Positions 7,950 to 14,948 are shown, counted from the stretch's first letter. The stretch: 24,000 nucleotides of DNA from Aetokthonos hydrillicola CCALA 1050 (GCF_017591665.1 NZ_JAAKGC010000002.1:126487-150486); one strand, 5' to 3'. Numbers and translations: made by a program. Notes: a model not told the origin generated them from the letters alone.

Positions 7950-10804
7950 AAATAAATATCCCTGACTGGTTAAATCGCAATGTTCTAACCGATTTTATTG
8001 ATGAACTCAGAGATGCAGGCTATAACATTGGCATTGCTCAGTATATTGCAGCTTATGATTTAATCTTAGCACTAACGGCTCAGGGTGAACCCTTGAATAA
8101 ACCAGAGCGTCTCAAAACTCTGCTTGGACCAATCTTTTGTAGTTCACCAGCTGAGCAGGAAGATTTTCAGCAACGCTTTGACCGTTGGGTTGAGTTGGTT
8201 TGTCAAACTGGTCGCGCAACGGAGGGAGCAGATGTAAAAGCTCAAGCATTATCAGAAGAATTAGGAAAGATCGAAAGGCGTTTGCCTCAGTTAAATAGAA
8301 GACTTATTCTAATTGCTCTAACAGGAATCATTCTACCCTTGTTCTTGGAACAGTCTATAAAAGATGAGAGTACTAGGCCAAAACAACCTTCTGCGAAACA
8401 ACCTTCCGCAAAACAACCTTCTACAACACAACCTTCTACAACACAACCTTCTACAACACAACCTTCTACAACACAACCTTCTACAACATTTGTAACGCCA
8501 CGCAATCGAGACTTTCCACAGGATTGGCAGATATATTTGTTCTCTTTTTTGCTTACTTCTGGTATTATTTTTATAGTGTGGCGTTTATGGTGGTTATGGC
8601 GTGCTCGCCTGTTCTTACAGCGTCATGGAACTACGAAACAGCCTGAGCTATATAAGATTGCTTTCCGTGAATTTGAGCAAAACTTATTCCCTACAATTAT
8701 ATTGATACATGCTGCTCAGAGTTTAAGGTATCGAATCCGTATCCCATCCGATGAACTTGATATTGATAAAACCATTGATGCAACTTTTCGCCAAGGAGGA
8801 TGGCTGACACCAGTATACGGTATTCGTCAAGTTCTTCCCGAGTATCTGTTTCTTATTGATCGTGCTAGCTACTCTGATCATCAGGCTAAATTTATAGAAG
8901 AGATGGTTGAGCGCCTTAAACACAATGGAGTTTTTATCACAAGCTATTTCTTTGATGATGATCCGCGAATTTGCTTTCCTAGTGATGGTATAAGCTCTCC
9001 ACAGAAACTTAACGAAATAGCAGCAAAATTTGCTCAACATCGCCTTGTTATCGTCTCAGATATAGAGAAGCTATTTAGTTCTCAAACTGGTGAGCTAGAA
9101 TCTTGGGTGAGTCAAATGACAAGCTGGGAGCATAGAGCTATTTTAACCCCAAAACCTTTCGAAAGTTGGGGATATCAAGAGTTAGAACTCGCACGCCAGT
9201 TTATTGTTTTACCCGCAACTCCTCAAGGGGTGCGATCGCTTAGCCAAGTTTTACATCACGGATCTGCAACCTACGTTCTCTCTGAAAAAGACCAAAATCC
9301 TCTACCGGAAACGTTGCGTACTCAACCCCATTACTGGATTGAGCGCAACCCGCCAAAACCTGAGCAGATCAATACAATGTTAAACTCATTGCAGGAATAT
9401 CTCGGCGAAGACGGTTTTTACTGGCTCAGCGCTTGTGCTGTTTTTCCGGAGTTACATTGGAACATTACAATCTATCTGGGTAATGCTCTCAAAACAGAGG
9501 ACAGTCAAAGTCTTTTGGAGGTTTGTTCACTAACTAATCTGGCTCGCTTACCCTGGTTTCGTTATGGTTACATACCAGATTGGTTGCGTTCTCGTCTCAT
9601 TGCAACCCTTACATACGAACAGAAGCATACAATCCGCACTGCACTTCAAGATTTACTCATCACTGCTGTTCAGGGATCTGTAGGTAGACAGCAATTAGAA
9701 GTTGCACAAAAGCATCACAGTTTTCTACCTAAACTTGCTAATTCGATACTTTCCCTGTTATCTAGAAGAGCGACTGAAGGTAGTCCATTACGAGACTACT
9801 TGTTTTTAAGCTTTATGACGGGACAGCCAAAACTCGCTGTTGAGGTGCTAGATACTTTCAGTCATTTACTACAAAAGCCACAAAGAATCACTCGGCGACA
9901 GTTTATCAAATGGGCTGGTTTTGTTAGTGCAGGATTCGTAGGAGCAATAGCGCTGCAGCAACTGTTTCAGGAGAATCTGCAGCAGTTTGAATTTCCGGTA
10001 GTGAAGGTGGATGCAACAGGAAAAATTACCAACCGCACGAATAAACAAGCAAATTTCTTTACTGAAGATTTGGGTAATGGTGTGACTTTAGATATGGTAG
10101 AAATTCCTGGGGGTAAGTTTGTTATGGGTTCCCCGTCAACAGAAAAGGATAGATCTGATTCTGAAGGTCCACAGCACAATGTGACGATTAAACGTTTTTT
10201 CATGGGCAAGTTTACCATTACCCAGCAGCAATATCAGGCAGTTATGGGGAAAAATCCCTCGAACTTCAAAGGAGAAAAACGACCTGTTGAAGGAGTAAGT
10301 TGGGATGATGCGATCGCTTTCTGTGCTAAACTATCTCAAAGGACAGGTAAAACCTATCGGCTACCAAGTGAAGCTGAGTGGGAATATGCTTGTCGTGGTT
10401 GGACTACTACGCCGTTTTATTTTGGTGAGACGATTACAACGGATTTAGCAAATTATAACGGTGACTATACTTATGCATCTGAACCAAAAGGCGTTTACCG
10501 TCAGCAAACAACCGAAGTAGGAAAATTTCCACCAAACGCTTGCGGTTTATATGATATGCATGGTAATATATGGGAGTGGTGTCAAGATACCTGGCATGAT
10601 AACTACCAAGGTGCGCCAGATGACGGCACTGCATGGGTGAGCGATAATAATGTTAATAATTCTCGACGTCTGCTGCGTGGCGGTTCGTGGGTCAACGATC
10701 CGAGGTTCTGTCGTTCGGCGTTTCGCGTCAGGCTCGCGCGCGCCTTCTCGAACGACCTTGTGGGTTTTCGCGTGGTCGTGGTTGGTGCAGCCAGGACTCA
10801 TTAG
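7934..10804 (+). CDS. Membrane protein: CoxE-like N-domain, TM hairpin with PST repeat, vWA-like domain (degenerate MIDAS), Tat-like anchor, FGE-sulfatase/CLec domain carrying a DGR variable region
   Basis: 956-aa ORF. The N-terminus FIDELRDAGYNIG...EDFQQRFDRWV and the middle ELDIDKTIDATFRQGG...EYLFLIDRASYSD...VFITSYFFDDD are collinear with CoxE-type vWA proteins (PF05762) as I remember them. Hydrophobic segments are LILIALTGIILPLFL, IYLFSFLLTSGIIFIVWRLWWLW and WAGFVSAGFVGAIAL (the last preceded by TRRQFIK). The C-terminus has RLPSEAEWEYACR, GLYDMHGNIWEWCQD and LLRGGSW...GFRVV. Confidence 0.75.
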   Translation: MDAAIEINIPDWLNRNVLTDFIDELRDAGYNIGIAQYIAAYDLILALTAQGEPLNKPERLKTLLGPIFCSSPAEQEDFQQRFDRWVELVCQTGRATEGADVKAQALSEELGKIERRLPQLNRRLILIALTGIILPLFLEQSIKDESTRPKQPSAKQPSAKQPSTTQPSTTQPSTTQPSTTQPSTTFVTPRNRDFPQDWQIYLFSFLLTSGIIFIVWRLWWLWRARLFLQRHGTTKQPELYKIAFREFEQNLFPTIILIHAAQSLRYRIRIPSDELDIDKTIDATFRQGGWLTPVYGIRQVLPEYLFLIDRASYSDHQAKFIEEMVERLKHNGVFITSYFFDDDPRICFPSDGISSPQKLNEIAAKFAQHRLVIVSDIEKLFSSQTGELESWVSQMTSWEHRAILTPKPFESWGYQELELARQFIVLPATPQGVRSLSQVLHHGSATYVLSEKDQNPLPETLRTQPHYWIERNPPKPEQINTMLNSLQEYLGEDGFYWLSACAVFPELHWNITIYLGNALKTEDSQSLLEVCSLTNLARLPWFRYGYIPDWLRSRLIATLTYEQKHTIRTALQDLLITAVQGSVGRQQLEVAQKHHSFLPKLANSILSLLSRRATEGSPLRDYLFLSFMTGQPKLAVEVLDTFSHLLQKPQRITRRQFIKWAGFVSAGFVGAIALQQLFQENLQQFEFPVVKVDATGKITNRTNKQANFFTEDLGNGVTLDMVEIPGGKFVMGSPSTEKDRSDSEGPQHNVTIKRFFMGKFTITQQQYQAVMGKNPSNFKGEKRPVEGVSWDDAIAFCAKLSQRTGKTYRLPSEAEWEYACRGWTTTPFYFGETITTDLANYNGDYTYASEPKGVYRQQTTEVGKFPPNACGLYDMHGNIWEWCQDTWHDNYQGAPDDGTAWVSDNNVNNSRRLLRGGSWVNDPRFCRSAFRVRLARAFSNDLVGFRVVVVGAARTH
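8381..8485 (+). repeat. In-frame 15-nt tandem repeat, 7 units, encoding (KQPSA)2-KQPST-(TQPST)4
   Basis: Units aaacaaccttctgcg / aaacaaccttccgca / aaacaaccttctaca / acacaaccttctaca x4, read directly. It lies between the first two hydrophobic segments of the 956-aa protein. Confidence 0.95.
10670..10804 (+). other. DGR variable region (VR) at the 3' end of the 956-aa gene
   Basis: Its 5' 18 nt (ctgctgcgtggcggttcg) are repeated exactly at 12427-12444 just after the RT gene. The segment is the only strongly divergent part between two otherwise ~85-90% identical paralogs. It occupies the canonical LLRGGSW...GFRV position of CLec-fold DGR targets, and avd and RT are immediately downstream. Confidence 0.7.
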
Positions 10805-10855
10805 CCCTTTACTCTCTTGCACTTTTGCACTCTACCCTCTATTATTTACCTTTAC

Positions 10856-10882
10856 TCCGCCGCAGGCGGATCGATTTTTTTT
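10856..10882 (+). terminator. Hairpin plus T-run downstream of VR (intrinsic terminator; possibly also the DGR target-site hairpin)
   Basis: tccgcc-gca-ggcgga (6-bp GC-rich stem, 3-nt loop) at 10856-10870, followed by tcga and tttttttt (10875-10882). Confidence 0.6.
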
Positions 10883-10894
10883 GAGTTTTTTAAG

Positions 10895-11091
10895 ATGAGC
10901 GATTTGCCTATTATACAGAAAACCTACGATTTGATCAAGTGGTATGTCCCAATTTTAAACCGCGTGCCGAGAGAACATAAATTTTTATTGGCAAACCGGA
11001 TGATTACAGGACTGTACGATATTCGGGATGCTCTGATCGTAGCACGGTATTCCACCAAAGACAAGTTAGCTCAGTTAGAATCTTTGAAGAA
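10895..11091 (+). pseudogene. avd: DGR accessory variability determinant (Avd), 3'-truncated
   Basis: MSDLPIIQKTYDLIKWYVPILNRVPREHKFLLANRMITGLYDIRDALIVARYSTKDKLAQLESL matches the N-terminal half of cyanobacterial Avd proteins as I recall them. From 11092 the frame runs into a GAATTCAGGAGTCA-repeat hairpin element and ends at 11173. No second half of avd follows before the RT start. ATG 10895 is preferred over the listed 10817 start, which lies upstream of the terminator. Confidence 0.6.
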
Positions 11092-11310
11092 GAATTCAGG
11101 AGTCAGAATTCAGGAGTCAGAACAAGAGCGTAAGGGATTCGATTCAAACCTGCCACTAATTGCAGACCGCTAAATCTTCTCCTATCGGAGACGCTACGCG
11201 TAGCTTGCTTCCCCAAAGGGGTACGATTTAGCCGGGGTCTTAAGCCCCTTAACTCATCTGCCAGTCGTACAGAATTCATGCGCTCATTCTGACTCCTGAT
11301 TCCTGAGTTC
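11092..11310. mobile_element. ORF-less hairpin element with inverted heptamer-repeat arms, replacing the 3' half of avd
   Basis: The left arm is (gaattcaggagtca)x2 at 11092-11119. The right arm ttctgactcctgattcctgagttc at 11287-11310 is its imperfect reverse complement. The interior contains further palindromes (gctaaatc...gatttagc). Confidence 0.55.
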
Positions 11311-11329
11311 TATTTAATAAGACAACAGC

Positions 11330-12391
11330 ATGAAACGACATGGTAATCTGTGGAAGGACGTTATCGCGTTTGAGAATTTACTAACAGCTAGCCGGAAAGC
11401 ACAACGGGGCAAACGTTTTCGAGACAATGTTCTGTCGTTCAATTACAATCTAGAGAAAGAGCTATTTCAACTACAAGCAGAATTACAGTCAAAAACATAC
11501 AATCCCGGTTTATATACAACATTTCGGATTTTTGAACCAAAGCCACGTCTGATTTCTGCTGCTCCTTATCGCGATAGAGTAGTACATCACGCTCTTTGCA
11601 ACATTATTGCTCCTATTTTTGAAAGAACATTCATTCATGATTCCTACGCTAACCGCGTTGGTTTTGGCAGTCACCGCGCGTTACGTCGTTTTACAAGCTT
11701 TGCGCGCTCAAGTCGCTACATTCTGCAATGCGATATTCGCAAATATTTTCCCAGCATCGACCATGAAATTTTAAGGTCACTGGTACGCCGTAAAATCAAA
11801 TGCCGTGATACACTCTGGCTAATCGACAATATTATTGATGCAAGTAACCCTCAAGAACCAGTTATCGATTACTTCCCTGGTGATGATTTACTTATGCCTT
11901 TGGAACGACGAAGAGGCTTGCCAATTGGTAATTTAACCAGCCAATTCTTTGCGAATGTATACCTTAACAGTTTAGATCATTTTGTTAAAGAACAAATCAA
12001 AGCGACCAAATATGTTCGCTACGTTGATGATTTTGCTTTGTTTTCAGATGACCGAGAATTTTTAGAAAACGCAAGACGAGAAATCGAAGAACACCTTGCT
12101 AGTCTGAGGCTCAAGCTTCATCCTGTTAAGAGCCAATTATTTCAGACAAAACACGGTGCCAATTTTGTTGGTTTTCGCATCTTACCAAATCGGATTCGAG
12201 TAAGGAACGATAATCTGCGTCTCGCAAGGCGAAGATTACGAAAGATGGTTTTAGACTATAGAGAGGGCAAAATTACCCAACAGGAAGTATCTCAGTCAAT
12301 TCGGAGTTGGATTGGTCACTTAAAACATGGAGATACTTGGCGATTGCGCCAGGAAATATTTAGTTCTCTCGTGTTTTCAAAAAAACCCTAA
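11330..12391 (+). CDS. DGR-type reverse transcriptase
   Basis: 353-aa intact ORF beginning MKRHGNLW. It has the RT motifs [26 protein letters not shown] (the [I/L]GxxxSQ motif typical of DGR RTs) and the catalytic [11 protein letters not shown]. Confidence 0.85.
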   Translation: MKRHGNLWKDVIAFENLLTASRKAQRGKRFRDNVLSFNYNLEKELFQLQAELQSKTYNPGLYTTFRIFEPKPRLISAAPYRDRVVHHALCNIIAPIFERTFIHDSYANRVGFGSHRALRRFTSFARSSRYILQCDIRKYFPSIDHEILRSLVRRKIKCRDTLWLIDNIIDASNPQEPVIDYFPGDDLLMPLERRRGLPIGNLTSQFFANVYLNSLDHFVKEQIKATKYVRYVDDFALFSDDREFLENARREIEEHLASLRLKLHPVKSQLFQTKHGANFVGFRILPNRIRVRNDNLRLARRRLRKMVLDYREGKITQQEVSQSIRSWIGHLKHGDTWRLRQEIFSSLVFSKKP

Positions 12392-12426
12392 TATGTTATC
12401 CTCAACTGTGGGGTAGGCAATACCGA

Positions 12427-12444
12427 CTGCTGCGTGGCGGTTCG
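12427..12444 (+). other. 5' stub of the DGR template repeat (TR)
   Basis: An 18-nt exact match to the start of VR (10670-10687), located 36 nt after the RT stop. The match stops at the edge of the inserted cassette (12445). A tgg that would continue the match follows the cassette at 12881-12883. Confidence 0.55.
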
Positions 12445-12880
12445 AATTCAGTTATCAGTTATCAGTTATCAGTTATCAGTCGATTATGAATAGTTTAGTT
12501 TATGAGAAAGCGTATAAATTTGCCATTCGCATTGTAAACGCATACAAATATCTTTCTGAAGAGAAGAAAGAATATATTTTATCAAAGCAATTAATTAGAA
12601 GCGGAACCTCAATTGGAGCTAATATCGCTGAAGCTAATGGAGCAATATCTCAAGCAGATTTTTGCTGCAAAATTTCTATTGCTTATAAAGAATGCTTGGA
12701 AACGAAATATTGGCTTTCTTTGTTAAAAGATACAGCATACATTGAGCAGAAAGCATTTGATAGCATTTATGAAGATGCAGATGAAATAGGAAAAATTCTA
12801 TTTTCAATCCTTAAAAAAACAAAAATTAAACAACAATCAATAGAATGATAACTGATAACTGATAACTGATAACTGATAAG
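12445..12880. mobile_element. IVS-like cassette: four-helix-bundle gene flanked by inverted heptamer arrays, inserted in the TR
   Basis: (cagttat)x4 at 12449-12476 and (gataact)x4 at 12847-12874 are reverse complements of each other. The interior is visibly more AT-rich than the flanks. Like the element in avd, it starts with gaattcag. Confidence 0.65.
12486..12848 (+). CDS. Four helix bundle protein (23S rRNA intervening-sequence protein / Avd superfamily)
   Basis: 120-aa ORF. LIRSGTSIGANIAEANGAISQADFCCKISIAYKECLETKYWLSLL is the hallmark of the TIGR02436/PF05635 family. Confidence 0.8.
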   Translation: MNSLVYEKAYKFAIRIVNAYKYLSEEKKEYILSKQLIRSGTSIGANIAEANGAISQADFCCKISIAYKECLETKYWLSLLKDTAYIEQKAFDSIYEDADEIGKILFSILKKTKIKQQSIE

Positions 12881-12976
12881 TGGGGTTGGAAACAATCTTC
12901 GAAAATAAAACTGAGTCGGATAGCTTAGTAGGCTGCAAAGTCGAACGGTTTGTCTGACTTATTGAAGTTTATAGGT

Positions 12977-13124
12977 CAATATGGTTCAGTTAAAGCCTAA
13001 AGTTGTGTAGTTGTGTAGTTGTGTAGGTTGGGCTGAGGGACGAAGACCAACATTTTTAGAATTTCGTTGGGCAACACGAGCGTTCAACCCAACCTACCAC
13101 TAAGCCTTAACTGAACCGTATTGG
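12977..13124. mobile_element. MITE-like nested palindromic element, including an (agttgtgt)x3 octamer repeat
   Basis: Outer inverted repeats caatatggttcagttaaagcctaaag (12977-13002) and ctaagccttaactgaaccgtattg (13100-13123). Inner inverted repeats gtaggttgggctgagg / gttcaacccaacctac. Confidence 0.6.
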
Positions 13125-13218
13125 GTTATAGATCTGCAATCAGTCAACCAAAAAGTTTTTCTCCAAAGAGCAATGCCTGCGGCGGGCTGCGCCTACGCTA
13201 ATTTGTTTGTAGCCTATG

Positions 13219-13443
13219 TTACTGTATTTCCCAATCTTCAATCAGCAAGTTATTAACACGCTTAAATTCTCTAGTATTATGGGTAATGAGAGTTAAATTA
13301 TTTGTCAGCGCGATCGCAGCAATTTGTAAGTCATAAGCTCCGATGGGAGTGCCTAATGCTTCTAGCCCAGATCGAATCGTTCCAAATGTCATACTTACTA
13401 GATCATCAAACGGTAGTGATGTGAATTGGGCTAAAAATTTTTG
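13219..13443 (-). pseudogene. VapC-type PIN toxin, C-terminal fragment only
   Basis: The minus-strand frame reads QKFLAQFTSLPFDDLVSMTFGTIRSGLEALGTPIGAYDLQIAAIALTNNLTLITHNTREFKRVNNLLIEDWEIQ*. It has no N-terminal PIN half and no start, and an in-frame stop lies at 13444-13446. Confidence 0.65.
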
Positions 13444-13454
13444 CTATATAAAAC

Positions 13455-13604
13455 CTATTTTAACTGAGATAAAATAGAAATTGAGAATATGAGAACGCCA
13501 ATATCCTGAGCTAGATCTAATGCTTGACGTGGCTTGCTTTGACTAAACAAAAATGCACTAATCACCACATTAGTATCAAAAACAAACCGTTGTTTATTCG
13601 TCAT
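13455..13604 (-). pseudogene. PIN-domain toxin, N-terminal 49 codons only (truncated)
   Basis: MTNKQRFVFDTNVVISAFLFSQSKPRQALDLAQDIGVLIFSISILSQLK*. The FDTNV acidic motif is typical of PIN. The start overlaps the upstream antitoxin stop (ATGACGAATAA). It appears to belong to a different PIN subfamily from the fragment at 13219-13443. Confidence 0.55.
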
Positions 13605-13842
13605 CGTTTAAAATCGATTCTAAGATTTCAGGCGTTAATCCTCGCTGTTGTGCTTCAAAGCTTGCTTTATCCATCGTGTTTCTCAGGCGTGAAATTGCCT
13701 CAGGTTGAGGTATTGTAAATGAAGACTGCATAATTGCTGCAATTTTGATCTGCAATTGTTCGCGCTCTTCTTCTGTAGCATCGCGGTATGCTTGTGCTAC
13801 CTCAGAGGGAACTTTAATAGTAATTTCTTCTTTAATAGTCAT
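13594..13842 (-). CDS. Putative type II antitoxin (partner of the truncated PIN gene)
   Basis: 82-aa ORF, small and acidic. Its stop overlaps the PIN start codon region, and its position is upstream of the toxin. The assignment rests on context, not on a recognised domain. Confidence 0.45.
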   Translation of the reverse strand: MTIKEEITIKVPSEVAQAYRDATEEEREQLQIKIAAIMQSSFTIPQPEAISRLRNTMDKASFEAQQRGLTPEILESILNDDE

Positions 13843-13937
13843 GGGCTATTGGCGTAAATAATTTTGTGTGAGTACTTGTAAGCTGTTGCGCATTTAATTT
13901 GTATATGGGACGCGGGCAAGATGCCTGCAATACATTG

Positions 13938-14528
13938 TCATAACTTTTCACTTTCATGTTGTTCAGGAAGTGCAATACGTCCATGATAGTCATGATAACG
14001 ATGCGAAAAGTGTTCTAAATATGGACATTCAAGAACTGTGCGTCGTCTAGCAGTATGCTGACTGATTTGGTGATACAAAAATCCGGCATCTATTGCAAAA
14101 ACTTTTTTGAAATCTACTGTTAATTCTGGTAACCCTTCCTGACTTAATTCGCAATTTGAAGGTACTTTTTCAAAGAAATGAAATTGCTGATGACGGTTAG
14201 ATTTCACCAAGTTCCAATCAGATGAGTTTATCCGCAGAGTTTTATCATAACGAATATCTTGCGCTGTATAAACTTCACAAAGAATGACTGAATTTAACAA
14301 TTTATATATTTTATCTTGATTTTGCCTAGCTGTATAATCCCAATCTAAATCGCAATCTTGCGTCACAATAATTGCGTAAGGATGAATTATCGGTCGAAAC
14401 TGGGTTTTATCTAGCTCTGGAGATGATTCGTCAGGAACAGGTCTAAACTGTATTACTCCCGTTAAAATTTCTCCCTGCCTAAGAGCCTCTTTTTCATCCG
14501 AGGCTCGATAAATCAAACTTTTGGGCAT
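13938..14528 (-). CDS. Hypothetical protein (third gene of an AT-rich operon)
   Basis: 196-aa ORF, 8 nt after the upstream gene. It is Cys/His/Asp-rich (HPYAIIVTQDCDLDWDY, ECPYLEHFSHRYHDYHGR). I recognise no family. Confidence 0.5.
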   Translation of the reverse strand: MPKSLIYRASDEKEALRQGEILTGVIQFRPVPDESSPELDKTQFRPIIHPYAIIVTQDCDLDWDYTARQNQDKIYKLLNSVILCEVYTAQDIRYDKTLRINSSDWNLVKSNRHQQFHFFEKVPSNCELSQEGLPELTVDFKKVFAIDAGFLYHQISQHTARRRTVLECPYLEHFSHRYHDYHGRIALPEQHESEKL

Positions 14529-14536
14529 GATGAAAG

Positions 14537-14944
14537 CTATTCAAAATTAAGAATTAAAGGTGGTCTGACTTCTGTTGGTAACACGCTATTAGTAATAACT
14601 TCTAAATTTTGGGGTAAGCTAGTTTGTTGCAAATCAGAGGTACTATCCTTATAGTATTCCACCATGCTTTCAAGGGCTTCCGATGCTTCTTGTAAGCCTT
14701 CTGTTTTAGAATTCCCAAAAAGAATACTAATTAAAGTTAAACATTTGATTAATAGAACGCTGTTTTGATGTACTTGGTTTGTCAATTCGTCAGCGAAAGG
14801 TGATTCTATCGAAAATGTAATTTTTAAATTGGATATATTAGGCGATAAAGTTTGCCAATTATGTGTTTGGGCAGGGGTTGATATTAGTTCGTACCTTTGC
14901 CCGATTATATGATTACTTTGAGTTACACCAGTTATTCTTTGCAT
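14537..14944 (-). CDS. Hypothetical protein (second gene of an AT-rich operon)
   Basis: 135-aa ORF, 4 nt after the upstream gene. I recognise no family. Confidence 0.45.
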   Translation of the reverse strand: MQRITGVTQSNHIIGQRYELISTPAQTHNWQTLSPNISNLKITFSIESPFADELTNQVHQNSVLLIKCLTLISILFGNSKTEGLQEASEALESMVEYYKDSTSDLQQTSLPQNLEVITNSVLPTEVRPPLILNFE

Positions 14945-14948
14945 ATAT

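Noticed and set aside
8381-8485. Possibility that this array, or the heptamer arrays at 5731-5758, 12449-12476 and 12847-12874, is a CRISPR array
   Set aside because: The units are contiguous 7-15-nt tandem repeats with no spacers and no cas genes, so they are not CRISPR.
8287-8505. 72-aa minus-strand ORF with a VVEGC repeat
   Set aside because: It is only the reverse reading of the 15-nt PST tandem repeat inside the 956-aa gene.
10817-10894. Upstream extension of the avd ORF to the listed start at 10817
   Set aside because: The extension reads through the hairpin/T-run terminator and has no similarity to Avd. The canonical MSDLPIIQKTYDL N-terminus begins at ATG 10895.
10547-10898. Overlapping ORFs across the VR and terminator (10547-10822 -, 10650-10898 +, 10687-10884 +)
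   Set aside because: The GC-rich VR keeps several frames open by composition. All of them overlap the supported 956-aa frame or cross the terminator hairpin.
12881-12975. Remainder of the template repeat after the cassette
   Set aside because: It is A-rich, and a few short strings line up with the VRs (tgg; tcgaaaata vs ccgagaata; tcgaac). By eye, though, identity is poor and requires indels. I cannot support calling it an intact TR, and the GFRV-coding 3' end (ggttttcgcgtgg) is absent.
13524-13718. 64-aa plus-strand ORF
   Set aside because: It is antisense to the antitoxin/PIN overlap region, and the minus-strand reading has clear TA-type organisation.
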